Shown here piece by piece: positions 1 to 12,955 of a stretch of DNA of 53,337 nt. The notes below the pieces were generated by a model. The model had not been told where the DNA came from and made no database searches. It saw only the letters and a list, made by a program, of their open reading frames with translations. The stretch comes from Prorocentrum cordatum (taxonomy: Eukaryota): positions 62,001 through 115,337 of the forward strand of contig CAUYUJ010000326.1 in the NCBI GenBank assembly GCA_963575745.1. The letters run 5' to 3'. How positions within the stretch are numbered: position 1 is the stretch's first letter; each line of letters opens with the position of its first letter. The translations under genes were made by a program, and so were the position numbers.

Positions 1-262
1 AATCCCCACCACTGTCCCACTGTCCCCACCACTGTCCCGCTGTCCCCTCACCACTGTCCCCACCACCACCGTCCCCACCACTGTCCGCACCCCCCCTCGA
101 TTTTCGAGGGGGGGGGGTTCGAACCGGTAGTGACCCCCTCCCTTTTCATGATGAACTGGTGGGGGGGGGAGGGGTTCGAACCGGTAGTGACCGACCCCCC
201 CCGGTTTTCCGGAGTGGGGGGGGGGAGGGGTTCGAACCGGTAGTGACCCCCCCGGTTTTCCG
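1..262. repeat. Short tandem repeats: (CCCCACCACTGT)-like units, then three copies of G-run-GGTTCGAACCGGTAGTGACC-C-run
   Basis: Copies read directly at about 1-85, then about 110-140, 170-200 and 225-256. Confidence 0.85.
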
Positions 263-299
263 CCAGCAGCGGTAGAACACGCTCTTTCTCAATTGGCGA

Positions 300-2300
300 C
301 GGACCCAGGTACAGGGCATTGGAGTTCTCGCAGGCCCCCGGCACGAAGGCATTCTGGTTTCTATTGAGCATTGGTTTGCATAAGATGCGTACATACAGCA
401 TGGTACTTACGCACTGGAACTGCAGCCTTGGGCCCCCCCTACACAAGAGCCACAAGCGCGGCCCAATGGGCAAAAGAGTGGTTCATATCGCAACTTTATG
501 TATGCGCCAGGACGCGCTGACTATGGATTCGTCCGGGAAGGACGAGGGAGGAAGACGGCCATCCTGGCATCAAATGTGCTTTCACACCAGCTACGTCGGG
601 CTCGCAGGACCCACGCTCTGTGTTTCAAGGATATGAGTAATGCGCTCGCCAACGGCAAGTGGCCGCTCATTGACGCTGCTGCGCACAAATATGCACCACC
701 CGATGATCGGAGCCATTGCCGTCGTCGATATCGCGAGGCAGTGGTGGCTCGACTTGCTGGGGAGGGTGGGAGACTTACTCCGAAGCCTCGGCAGGGAGGG
801 CTCATGGGGGTCCCGCTCATCGTGCAGGCTTTCAACGGGACATTCCAGCCAACTTTGGCTGAGCGGCACAGCGATGCACTGAATTCTGACTCGTGCAACC
901 ACGAGTTGATTGCGAGATGGGCAGGGTCGAACATCCGTTTGAGCTACTTAAGTATGCTGGTGACATACACAAGTTCGTTCTGGCAGACTTCGACTCTATC
1001 CTATCACAGTTCAAGCAGAAGATGAAGCAGCAGGGTTCATATTTAAATGCTAGACTGGGGCCCTGTGGGCTCGGCCAGAACATGTCCAAGCAGGAGCACA
1101 TGATGCTCTTCGGTGAGCGCAGTACGCATCTTAAGCAGACCTTACAGAAAGGAGTGGACCACGAGGGCTCAATACGGGAACAAGTTCGCTACCTGGGTCC
1201 CCACATGGTTCTTCAAGACAGAGCTAACCATGAGATCGATCGACGTATTGCCCATTCCTGGGCATCGTTTCGTTCGACGGGGTCGGTCTGACAACTAGAG
1301 CTCCCGTGGAAATTCAAACGTTTATTACTGCAGGATTTCGCCTACAATGCACTTCTCAGCGACCTGGAGGCCTTTACCTTATCTGAACGAGATTATGCGC
1401 GGCTGAAAGCGGCACTGGCACGTTTCTGCAGGATTGCGATGGCTGGCAAGGCCACGGACTGGAGCGGAGTTCACCCACACATGATGACGAACAGCTCCTG
1501 ATTGGTGCATTGGAAACTGCCTCGCTCTTCTCTCGAGCTTCGGATACGTCAAGTTCGCCTCGTCCAGAGTTGGGCCAGAAGGCCCACCCACCACCTCCAG
1601 ATCCTCGGGGCCCTCTTCGGTTCGCTACCCTTCGAGCAGGAGGGACCCCTTCTTCCTCCTGGAGACCTCGGCCCGCACGCGTGCCCCTTGGCACACCAGA
1701 TACAAGAAGACCTTCTTTGTATGTCCAACGTCTTGGGTGAAGAAGTGTTTGCTACGGTGGCTCGGGATGTCAGATCGCTCACGGATGAAGCGACAGCCTC
1801 TTTTTTTGTTTCTGTGGATGCCTCTGCTGAGATCGAGGCAGTACACCGTCAACATCCCTCCTCCCGAGCATGCTCCACCTGCGCCACATGAGCCAGGGGT
1901 TGTGGAGGAAACCCAGAGTGCCAACCATCAATGGAGGCGATGGCTACCCCAGGAGGAAAACGGAAACGCGATGTGCGACGCTTGTTTCGGGACGCGTCGA
2001 AACCTCATGAATCACCCCAGGGGGGGGGGGCACGGGCTGCGTAACACATAATACGCACGTACTCCTACAATTGTATGTGTACGTTGTCGCCAAGCATTTG
2101 CATGTCGAGCTGGCGCTGCTGAACATGCCGTGGGATCTATGTTCCGAAAGTACTGTGATACGGCGGGGCCCAGTACGCTTCGCGATATACACCTGTCAAC
2201 ACGTTCGCCTGCCCAGCACGCGAGTTCGACGGCTCGGGTCTCGGCGACCTCTGCGAACACCTCTGCACGCATCTACCTCTGCGACCACGCCCGTTTGAAG
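300..2300 (+). pseudogene. Decayed non-LTR (LINE-type) retrotransposon: reverse transcriptase, thumb and C-terminal Zn-finger remnants, with several frameshifts and stops
   Basis: RT motifs lie in successive frames: CFKDMSNAL (DxxxAF), RQGGLMGVP (QG motif), LKYAGDI (degenerate YADD) and VRYLG..EIDRRI (thumb). These are followed by LLSDLE, LELRIRQVR and CDACFGTRRNLMNH..H (C2H2-like). Confidence 0.85.
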
Positions 2301-3071
2301 ATGGGAGGCGGCAGGGAGGGCGCAGCCATGTAACCGTCCGCGGCGCCACCCTCGTGGTTCAGCGGGGGCAAGACCAGGAGGGGCGCAGAGGCCGACGGCG
2401 CGGACGCCGACAAGAAACACAAGGGGGCGAAGGCCGACAAGAAAGGCGGGGGCGCAGGCGCAGGCAACAGCAAACTCGGCATCGCCAACGCCAGGCTCAC
2501 CATGACGATCGCGCGGGAGGTCGCGGGCTTGAAGAGCACGGTCTACCTCCGACACGAGATGCCAGATGCGACGAGGGGGGTGACGGCTGCGAGCAAGACG
2601 GCGGGAGTGGCCTACAACAAGATGAGATTGGAGATCAAGGAGACCGCTCGCGAGGGCGGAGATGTGAACTACAAGGAGCGAGGCCCTCCCCACGTCCACA
2701 TAGCGATGGCGGCCATCCTGCATGGCGCGGGCAAGCAGTTTGGCGAAGGTGGCAACCCAGTACAGATCAAGCTCGGAGACGCGATGAAGGAGTTCTACAA
2801 CACGGAGGTCATGCGTCCAAGCCTCTCGGCGATGAAGATCGGCCGTGCCGCCCCGTACTTCTGCTGCCAGGTGCTGAAGGCAGCGAACGGCGACGTTCCG
2901 AAGGCAATCCTCTCGATGGCGTTCCACAGGGACACGATGGTCGGCGCCACCCTCTCTTGGCAGATGGAAAAATTGCTGGAGTTCGAGCGGGGAGCTTTCT
3001 TGTCGGGAGCGGCTCAGAGAGGGCCCTTGGAAAGGGAGATCGGCGACATGGTGGGATCCAGGAACAAGTAG
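2301..3071 (+). pseudogene. ORF directly downstream of the LINE RT (GPPHVH ... GAAQRGPLERE), with a premature TAA at 2331-2333
   Basis: ORF 2502-3071 reads as real protein and is in frame with ORF 2130-2333 across a single stop; function unknown. Confidence 0.55.
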
Positions 3072-3695
3072 AAGGTGGTAGCAGCAGCAGCAGCCAGCAG
3101 GAAAACAGAGTCAGTACAGACGTGAACCTCCCGCCCAGTGAGCCCCCTGTCGGGGCTCTTCGGCCATGTTTTTAAAGCTCTTTCAGGGCCGCCACGGCTC
3201 GGGAAGCCTTCACAAACAATGCGCGTTTTCAGGATTTAGTTTCTCGTGGAATGGTTTCCCCCGGGGTTCTCGACCCGACTTCTACGATAACTACGTACGC
3301 AGCAGCCCCCCTGCTTGGCTCACTGTCCCTCACTCCGATTATATATGCCCCTCGTGCGAAGCCTACGTCAGGTTCCAAAGGCAAGGGGAAACGTCGGTGG
3401 GGGGATTGGACTGGGTCGGGGCGCGGGACCGGGGACGGTCAAGCAGAGGTCAGGACAGGACTCCACGAGTTTTTCATTCATTCATTCCTCCTCCTCCTCC
3501 TCCTCCTCCTCCTCCTCCTCCTCCTCCTCCTCCCCCCCTCCTCCGCCTCCCCCTCCCCCTCTCTCCTCTGCCTCCTCCTGCCCATCCCCCCCCTCGTCCC
3601 CCACGGGCCACGTCCCGAGTTCGGCCGAGCTCCGGGGCCAACGCCCCGCAAGCACGGGGAGGGGAGGGGGCGAAGCGGCCGACCGGGGCGCGCAC

Positions 3696-3847
3696 GCAAT
3701 GAGGACGCCGTCGCGCACGATCGAGGCCCCGAAGGGCCCGCCGTGGCCTATGCGCACGCCCGCGATTGCCGACATGGCGGCGGCCTTCATGAAGGCTTCG
3801 TTGACAAGGTCGTCCGCGGCCCTCTCGTGCGCCGGCTTCTCGCTGCC
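3696..3847 (-). CDS. Exon of a cytidine/deoxycytidylate-deaminase-family enzyme (guanine-deaminase-like)
   Basis: Translates as GSEKPAHERAADDLVNEAFMKAAAMSAIAGVRIGHGGPFGASIVRDGVLIA. FMxxA...GGPFGAxIVxDG is the N-terminal signature of this family. AG acceptor at 3849-3848 and GT donor at 3695-3694. Later exons lie left of the window. Confidence 0.85.
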
Positions 3848-4729
3848 CTCGGCGCGGGGCGCGCCAGGAGAGGCCACAGGGGAGAGGGGGGGCGGCGGGG
3901 CCCGAGAGACGGCCGCTCGCGGGCCCGTCCTCGAGCCTTTTCCTGCCCTCCTGGCCCTCTCGCCATCCCCCCACCCCGCCCTCTCCGCCACCGCCACACC
4001 TCGCAGCGCCACCTCCCAGCGCGGCCTGGTCGGCGACCCACCTCGGCGCCCTTCCACACGCGCTGTATCCAGTGCCTTCCTCCCCCGCTTGTCCCCCCAT
4101 CGGGGCCAAGCTGACATGGATCATGGACCTGAGGGTCTAACGCATAGGCGCCAGATCCAGATCCAGTAATCGGGGAACGTACCCCCCGAAACATGGCGCC
4201 ACTGCGACGAGCGCGCCAATTTCGCATGGAAATGGCATCCGTCGCTAATCCACGCGCCTTAATCCATGTTTTCCCTTCCTCAGATCGGCGGCGGCGGCGG
4301 CGGGCCTTCTCAGAAGCAGCAGGGTTTCTCAGAAGCCTTCTGGAGCCTGACGTCGACAGATACGCTGCCTGGATCGGCACGTGCGGGAAGGGTCACGGAC
4401 CCTGGGTCAAGAATTTGAAGCCCGATGCTACCGACGCACTGCCAAGACAAGCGGCCGCGAGAATGGCGAACAGCTAGAGCAGGATCCACACGCCATCATA
4501 TTCATGGCCAGACGTCATCAGCAACACTGCTGCGAACAGCGCGAGCGAAAAGGGAAAGCGGTGGCCCGACTCACTGGCGCTTGGTGCAACGGGATCTGTT
4601 TCTGCTGGCCTGGAGCCCGCCACCATCGGCCCAGGAGGCCAGGCTCTGCATGCGCAAGAGAGAGGCGGGCAGTGGCAACACGGATTGAGACCGCACAGCG
4701 TGTTGCAGTGGAGGCCAGTCCACAAGAAA

Positions 4730-4883
4730 CCGTCCACAAGAAACCCAACCCTGAGACCCCAGGACGTCCATTAATGTTTGGTGTGGGAACGTCACGCCTT
4801 CCGTAGCAAAACCATGGAAACACAAGAAACCCAGGGCACCCTGGAGGCAGGCAGGGTGTTTCCTGGCATGGGCCTCCACTGAG
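4730..4883 (+). repeat. Interspersed repeat, left part of the copy split by the giant transposon
   Basis: Aligns with 48714-48885 (ccaaccctgagacccca..acgtccat..aaaaccatggaaac..cagggtgttt..tggcatgg.cctcca). Confidence 0.85.
4876..4883. repeat. Left 8-bp target-site duplication CCACTGAG
   Basis: Identical 8-mer at 32156-32163; both abut the TIRs. Confidence 0.93.
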
Positions 4884-4906
4884 TGATAAAACTCACGCCC
4901 CCCACT
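4884..4906. repeat. Left TIR TGATAAAACTCACGCCCCCCACT
   Basis: 20/23 match to the reverse complement of 32133-32155 (TGATAAAACTCACAGTCCCCACT); first 13 bp identical. Confidence 0.93.
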
Positions 4907-5279
4907 GTTTTCGGCCAGCGTGCTTAAATCGGTCCCAAAAAGGAGGAGATGAGGCGAGTGAGGAATTGAAGGTCAGCGCGAGCTGAGAAGCTCAGTCTAC
5001 AACGCAGGGGGACTCCAGAAGAGTTTCCGAAAGAAGTTTAGCCCACATCAGGAGTGAATCAGAAGGGACGAACAGGAAGACAGGAGAGGAGGGGGAGGGA
5101 AGAGAAAAACAGGGGAAGCACGAGATCAAGGAGCGCCATCTTCCTTGCGCGCCCTGGCCCGGGCCCTGGCTGGCTGCCGCTCCAGGCTCCACTCCTCGCG
5201 CGCCGTCTCGCGGGCTGCCGCCGCGCGCGGAAAGGGGCGGGCCCGGGCCAGGCAAGAGAGAAAAGGAGAGTCTTCTTCC

Positions 5280-5734
5280 TCCCTCCTTCTCCTCCCTTCT
5301 CCGCCTTCCTCCTCCTTCTTCTCTCCCCTCCTCCTCCTCCTCCTCCTCCCCCTCCTCCTCCTCGTCCTCCTCCTCTTTCTCCTCCTCCTCCTCCTCCTCC
5401 TCCTCCTCCTCCTCCTCCTCCTCCTCCTCCCCCCACCTCCCCCGATCACACATGTTATTTCAAAGGGGGTTAGAAATAACATCCTCCTCCTCCTCCTCCT
5501 CATCCTCCCTCATCTCTCCTCCCTCCTCCTTCCTTCTCCACTCCTCCTCCTTCTCCTCCTCCTCCTCCTCCTCCTCCTCCTCCTCCTCCTCCTCCTCCCC
5601 CCACCTCCCCCGATCACACATGTTATTTCAAAGGGGGTTAGAAATAACATCCTCCTCCTCCTCCTCCTCCTCCTCCTCCTCCCCTCCTGGACCTCGTCCT
5701 CCTCCTCCTCCTCCTCACCCTCCCTCTGCCTGTC

Positions 5735-5833
<99 letters not shown>

Positions 5834-6039
5834 CCCCCTCTCTCTCTGTCTCTGTCTCTGTCTGTCTCTCTGTCTGCCATCCTGCCTCAGGGCCTGAGGT
5901 GCCTGCAGGCAGCACTATACCACCTGGTCACCTTCACAACCGTCATCATCATCACCATCATCATCATCATCCTCATCCTCATCATCAGCATCAACATCAA
6001 CATCAGCATCAGCATCATCATCATCATCATCAGCATCAG

Positions 6040-6089
<50 letters not shown>

Positions 6090-6100
6090 CCATCATCCCC
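5280..6100. repeat. Compound microsatellite (CCT)n, (CTGT)n, (CAT)n containing a duplicated hairpin TGTTATTTC-AAAGGGGGTTA-GAAATAACA
   Basis: Read directly; hairpin copies at about 5453-5481 and 5621-5649. Confidence 0.9.
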
Positions 6101-6289
6101 AAAAGGAGTAAGATGCCCCTGAGAAGGGGAACGCTGGCCGCCGGGCCGCCCGGCCAGGCCGGCCACGCGCCGCTGGGCTGCGACTGCGGGGGCAGGGGCG
6201 GCCCGGCGGCAGGGGCGGCTCAGCGGCGCCGCGGCGCCGCGCTCAGCCCCTCAGGCAGCTGCGCCGCTGAGCTGGCTGCGCCAGCGGCA

Positions 6290-6352
<63 letters not shown>

Positions 6353-6403
6353 AGGCTGCCGCCAGGGCCAGCGCCGCGGCGCCGCGGCGCCACGTTCAGC
6401 CAC

Positions 6404-9400
6404 TCAGGCAGCTGCGCCAGCGGCATTGCCGCTGCTGCTGAGGCTGCCGCCAGCGCCAGCGCCGCTGCGGAGCGAGGCAACCAGCAGCCGTTGCTTCTTT
6501 GCCTCGGGCGCAGCCTTGGCGGGCTTGTCGCCCTTCTTCGGAGCCGTCACCTTGGCGGTGGCGGGCTTCTTGGCTGCTGGGGCCGCTGCCGCTGCAGCCG
6601 CTGAGGTGGGCTCTGGCAGCGGCTCTGGGGCCCCTGCAGCCGTCTCAGGGGCCTTCTTCTGCTTCTCCTCGTCGGTGGTGGCCTGAGCGACGGCAGCCTT
6701 CTCCGACTCCTGGGCCACGTGCGCCAGGGCCTTCTGCTTCTCCTCGTCGGTGGTGGCCTCTGCGAGGGCAGCCTTCTCCTGCTCCTGGGCCACGTGCGCC
6801 TGGGCCTTCGTCTCCTCGTCGGCGGCGGCTGCAGCGGCTGCAGGGGCCCCCTCGGCCGCCGCCTTGGCCACCTCCTCAAGGCCCCCCTCGCCGGTGGCAT
6901 CGGCGGCGGCAGGGGCCGCAGCCGCAGCCTGAGCCTGGGCTGCATCCTCATCCTCCTTGGCCGCCGAGGCCTTCTCCTGCTCATCTGGGGCCAGGGGGCC
7001 TGGGCCGCTCGGATCTGCACCAGCAGGAGGTGGCCCAGGCTGCCCAGGCGGCGCCGCCGCAGTAGTCCTGGCAGCCACCTTCGGGATGGCCTGCAGCGTC
7101 TTGATGTATGGCTTGATGGCGGTCACGTCAGTAACCTGACTCTCCCCCGAGGGCCCCCCAGAGCCCAGAGAAGCCCAGAGGGAGAGCTGCGAGGAGTGAG
7201 AGGCGAGGTGGAAGGAGGACGGAGGAGGGAGGAGGTGGCGGAGGTGGGCCACCTCTCAATGTCCCAGAGTGGGGGATGGTAGGTTTTTGTATCCTGGAAC
7301 CGCTGAGATCCTGGAGAGCCTCTGCATCGTGGACAGCACCTGCGGGTAACCGATGATGTTCCCGAGAGTGATCCTGCGAGGGAATCTGACTACATAAAAA
7401 ATGCATCATCTTCGTCCTCAGCCTCACCCCTCATCCCTAACCTTTCCCTCACTCACTCCTCCCCGCAAGCCTCTTCCCTGGGTTGGACGCGAGGGCAGGG
7501 GCTGGGAGGAGGAGGGTCATCTGAGGAGGGACGTGAGGAAATGAAGAGGAGGCCTCGGAGGTGGAGGATGAGGACAGGAGTAAAGTAGGGAAGGAGGCGG
7601 ATGAGGAAAACGAGACGGACGAGAAGGAGGAGGAGGAGGAGGAGGCGTTTTGGTCCCCAAGCGGCGTCCTGATGCCGAAGCACTGGGACGTCCCTCGCTC
7701 GGCGATCATCATGCCAGGTGGCACGTAGAGCACCTGCCCCCCCGGGGATCCCACTCAAGCAAACAACGCACTAGGCATCGATCGAACATGGACTCGAATC
7801 GACTTGAGACGAGAACCTGAGGCATGAAACAAACCTGGAACACATATACATCAACACCATATCCTAAACATCTGACCCATTCTTGCTGAAACTCATCGCA
7901 AAACGACTCCCACCACATCCCAGCCCCACCGTGTTTGCAGTCTGCGTGACCTTGTAGAATTTGACCTCCTTGTGCACATCTGTGATGCTCTGCAAGATCT
8001 TGAAATACTGTAGCGCCTCCATGTAGTTCGGGCCCTGCGAGTCCTTGGAGTGAGCCGAGATGAAGTTCGCGAAGTCCTGACGAGTAGGACAAGAGGAGTC
8101 AGCAAACAGAGAGGGGAGGAATGGAAGGCTAGCTCCTCTGTGCAGCACATGACCACCTCCCGCACGCCATTGAACTGCCAGCGCAGCGTTGGCATGTGGG
8201 CCGCCTCCGATCCAGCCCACTTGCAGCCTTGGCTGATGGAGTACAAGTGGGCCTTCGGCAGCATCTCCGTGAGCTCCCGGCTGAAGCCTGGGGCAGGAGG
8301 AGAAGGACGTGGAAGAGAAGAGGGGGGAGAATAGAGAAGGATTATGTGTATTAAAGTTCGGCCTACCGCTTCAGCAAAGACCGCATCCTCTACCCCCGTG
8401 AACTCTGGTGTCATCGTCTTGTGGATCGAGGCCGACACCTCTCCTGGCGCTGCGGCAGTCTTCCGCCCACTCCCAAGCTCCATCTGGGTCCACTGGGCCA
8501 TCACGTTTTTGATGTCGGGGCTGATCGCATCGACGTGCTGAAAGTCCTTCTGAGGACGGAGCCACACCAAAACACGACTGTTTGCCACTGGGGGTGGGCC
8601 AAAGTGGGAACTCAACTCAAGATGAAGGGAGAACTAAGTGCCAAGGACCCTGGGCCCTGGGACTCCAAAGCCCAAACTCCCAAACAGGAAACCATTACCA
8701 ACAAAATCCTTCAAGAGAAGCGGCTCCAAGGGTTTGAACTTCTCGTGGCTGGGGCGCTCAGTCTGAGGAGCCACGACGACACAATCATCTTCTACATCCT
8801 TGCCGAAGAGCTCCTTATTGACTACGAGATCCGATGGCTTCTTCAGGCTGCCTCCAGACATGGCTTTTGCTAGCGATTTTGCGAGGGCTCTTACAACGGT
8901 CTTGGATTTCATCTCTACCTCCTTCTGCTTTTTCTCAGCGGTCAGCTTGATGTTGTTTTTCTCTGTTTTAACTGCGTTCACGATATTTTTGATCATCCGC
9001 TTGTAGCTGCCGACGAGCTGCCCCAGGTGGCCCTCAAGGCTATCCATGGCAGCAGTGACTCTCGCTAAGTCCTGCTTGGTCTGAACCTACGTTGGGGCAC
9101 AGGTATATGCGAAGGCAAGCAAGCATGATAAACTGGATACGTTCACGCGAGGCGTGAGAGCCCACATGCAACCACAGACGGCCAGAAGCGGGATTGTATG
9201 ACAACTCAAAATGCTCAAGATGAGCTACTGGAAAGCACGACTTACAGCTTACACTGAGAGGAAGAAGGAACCATCTCTCATGAAAACGCTTTGGCCCTGA
9301 ACCTTGGACCGCCCCGTTCGACGTCAACGATCATGTTTCCAAGTTGTGCTGCCCCAGGGCCCTGAGCCCAGGAACCTCAGACGGCCTCAGGAACGATTAG

Positions 9401-9415
9401 AGGCAGGGTGCGCAT

Positions 9416-9465
<50 letters not shown>

Positions 9466-11913
9466 GAAAGAAAAAAGGGGGCATGCACCAAATCAAGATC
9501 GTTCGAGATCTGGAGCTGGAGTGCACCCACGTGGTCAGTGAGCTGCTCGTAGCCTGCGGGGAGCTGGTACTTCTTTTCCTGGCACCACGCGAAAAACTTG
9601 GCCAAGGTGCTCGTCTCAGTTGGCGGTGCTGGCGGATCCTGCCCATCACTTTCAGAACAAGGCGCATGCTCAGTGTGCTCATGCTTCGTATACCCCCCCT
9701 TCACAGCAATTCACTCGATTGCTCTAGCAACGAAAACACACAATGTGAAATACGTAGTGTGACGCACGCAATAATACACACACCAAGCGCACATTCACCC
9801 AGAGAGCACTGCAAGAAACACGATACCCGTCCCCCTAGGACAGTCCTCTGCGGCATGGCCATCATCCCCCGCATCCAACGCCTCCTTCGACTGCATGCGC
9901 GCCTTGGTCAAGTCGATGGCCTGATCAGCTTTCTCCTGGAACTCCGCCATCGTCGGGTACAACTTGTCGAGGGAGAACACAGCCTGGATGGCGGTCCCCT
10001 TGAGCGCGGTGTTCCTCAGAAGAATCTCCACTCCAATCGATGAATACTGGGTCCCAGACAAGAAAGCTGGTACTGAAAGCGCGTGCTGCTCTCTAGCATC
10101 CTCAATGTGCTTGCCAATCTTCTTGCCCCACTTTGTTAGTGCTGCACTCGCTTGGTCAGCGTAACTTATCTTCGGCGCCTTACATCTAGACTCAGATTCA
10201 TCTCCAGATTTGGCGCCGTCCTGGTGGTCCTGGGAGCCCTCGTCATCGTCATCACCTGCCCGGCTACGTTTGCACGATTTCACACCCGAATCTAATTTCG
10301 CATCCATCTGCTCCCTAGAGTCCCTGCGGCCAGAACTCGAACCTGGCTTGGCTGAACGACCAGCTGGTGAAGACGCCCTCGGAGAACGCGATCTGCTCCT
10401 CTCCTTCTCCTTCTCCTCAGGCCAGGGCAAGGATTGCAGATCCTTCTTCTGGCGCCGACTCAAGAACGGGTTGTTCGCCGAGGATGCCTGCGACGTCTCC
10501 CTATGTAAGTTGGAGCCCCAAGTGTCGAGGTCCTCCCCAAGCTCCGACTCCATCCTGACCAAGCCGGTCTCTCGTGGATTCTTTTTATCTTTGTCTCCCA
10601 TTTCTAACCTATTACTCACTTTGCTCTCGTCGAACCAGCATACGAAGTCCTCCACGGGCACGAGCACGCGAGGCGTGCCCTTGCCGTTGTCGTCTTTTGG
10701 CCCGTTGTAGTCGACTTCCTTGTCGCTTCCAGGCGCGGAGTCCTTCGACCATCTCCCCAAGGCCTGGGGGGGAGGAGACTCTGGAGAAGGAGAAAGAACA
10801 AGGAGAAGATGAGAAGGAAACAAGCCTCCATCTCCGAGTAGCCGTGCTCCTCCTGGTAGTGCTTCACGAACTTCGCCTTGCCCATGTACACTCCTTTGGT
10901 ACCACGTTGGCTGACCTGCCCTCCCAGTCCAAACCGCTGCATTCATGTGTGACTAGCGGCCGCCGCCCAAGCCAACAAGCCCCAGACTCCAACATAACGC
11001 AAAACAAGTCCAAAGAGTGCACCGCTTATGACTGCAATTGGCTCTTGCAATGCTCACTGTTCACTGTTCAGACATAGTTTCACTGAGTGCGCACACATAC
11101 TTGGGACCACTCTGCACTCTGCACTGGCAATGATATGAGCGTGCAGCCGCGACCCAGCGTGACCTGACTTTTCTCATACACTTTGGAGAACCGCACGTAG
11201 TCGAAGGAGCCCCTGACCAGCCCCCGGCCGCGAGCCTGCCCCGCCCCCTTCTCTGGTGAGGATGAGGGTTGAGGGGGGCAGACAAAAATCACCAGAAGAT
11301 GGGGGGGGGCATACTGGATATCACAAGGCGCTGGCCAAACTGTTAAACGACATCAACCCCACAATGAAATGACATCACTCTGAGCTCTGAGATGCAATCC
11401 TTGTTCGCAAAATCCCGTCCCTCCCCTCCCCGCCTTACATGTATTCATATACGTCCTGAACCACGTGCGCCACTTGTCGCCTCCCTGCCTGCGAAGCTTC
11501 AGAAACTCCGCGTGTTGAGGGCCTCCCTGACGCTTACTGTCCTCCAGAGCAGCCTTCACAGCGTTGAGATGGGTCCGGCAGTACTTCTCCCTGTCCACAC
11601 AAGGCGCTACCTCACACATGGTGCACAGTTTATCGCTACGTTTCTTGGGTTCTGCTTTCTTCTTCTTCTTATCTTTCTTCTTCTTCTTCTTCTTTGACTT
11701 CTTCTTTTTCTTCGACTCCGAGTCCGAGCTCGACGAAGACCCTGAATCGCAAGAAGAACCTGCACTCTTGCCCTGATTGCTGCCCCTCTGCCGCAGTGGA
11801 CCCTCCCTGCAAGTCCCAAGCCCAAAGGCATCTCCAGGGTCAGTCTCCTCACCGTCATCGTCGACGACCAACAAGTCGCTGAACTTCCCCGCCAACTCGC
11901 TGGACTTCCCCAT
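6404..11913 (-). CDS. Multi-exon (about 11-12 exons) cargo gene: N-terminal Lys-rich tract and Cys/His Zn finger, helical middle, JmjC/cupin-like beta-helix near the C-terminus, Ala/Glu/Lys-rich tail
   Basis: Exon-like segments bounded by AG|G: MGKSSEL..CTMCEVAPCVDREKYCRTH; GSFDYVRF; YMGKAKFVKHY; ALGRWSKD..RVLVPVEDF; ..LEPLLLK; GSEAAHMPTLRWQFNGVREVVMC; FYKVTQ; VLYVPPGMMIAER..CFGIR; VTDVTAIKP... Some exon borders are approximate. Confidence 0.75.
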
Positions 11914-12480
11914 TGCACCTGCCCTACCCATGAGAAGTAACATCAGAGCGTGCATCGTATATATATACACGTGCACGGCTCAGAAACACACACACACACA
12001 CACACACGCATGCAACACAACAAACAAACACGCCAAGTCAGGGCACGAAGGAACATGCTTTCTGATACAGTGCTGCAATCAAAGAGCACACGATGACTTC
12101 CCGACCTGCACACTCCCCTCCCACCGCGCGCCAATCGCCCCGCAGGCGTCGGTACAAGTACACAGTAGTACACAGCACAGCGATACGATAGAAACACCAA
12201 GCACCAGGTAACAATAACAAGAGCTCCGAAAGCGGCCGAAAGCTCTCGACGGACAAAGTCCTCGAACAATAGACGGCAAGATGTAATGGCAATCGCAACT
12301 GACAAAAACGGAGACACAGCAAGAAATTGGTCGGGGTCGGAATGGGCGGGGCTTGGAGGAGGGAGGCAAGGGGACTTCAAGGGGACAGTGAGGACAGTGC
12401 CGAGAGCGTGCAGGTGAATCACGAACACGCCTCGAAAAGGAAAATGGACGAGAGAGAGGCCCTCATCCGACAAGGGGCAC

Positions 12481-12955
12481 TCTCCGCGCCGTGCGCGGGG
12501 ACGGGGAGCAACGGTGCGAGGGTCGCTAACGGCGCAACGCCGGGCAGCACCCACTCGCACCGCGCCCCCCGTTGGGAAGACAAACCCACGCCTGTACTTC
12601 CGCCCACCATGCAGGTGCCTCGGGCTCGGGCGCCTGCTGCGGCATCGCAGGCTCCCCGAGCTCCGAGAAGACGAGCGGCTCGACGGGCTCGCCCGCGGGA
12701 ACGGGGAGCAACGGTGCGAGGGTCGCTAACGGCGCAACGCCGGGCAGCACCCACTCGCACCGCGCCCCCCGTTGGGAAGACAAACCCAGATCTGATTTTG
12801 TTCCATCCAGCCAGAGGCAGAGTTGAACTCTCCGCGCCGTGCGCGGGGCCGGGGAGCAACGGTGCGAGGGTCACTAACGGCGCACCGCCGGGCAGTCCCC
12901 ACTCGCACCGCGCCCCCCGCTGGGTAGACAAACCCACGCCTGTACTTCCGCCCAC
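12481..12955. repeat. Three near-identical direct repeats of 90-130 bp
   Basis: ggggagcaacggtgcgagggtc(g/a)ctaacggcgca..cccactcgcaccgcgccccccg..gacaaaccc at about 12481-12609, 12697-12787 and 12828-12955. Confidence 0.92.

Noticed and set aside
110..256. tRNA genes suggested by GGTTCGAACC
   Set aside because: No cloverleaf, A-box or anticodon arm
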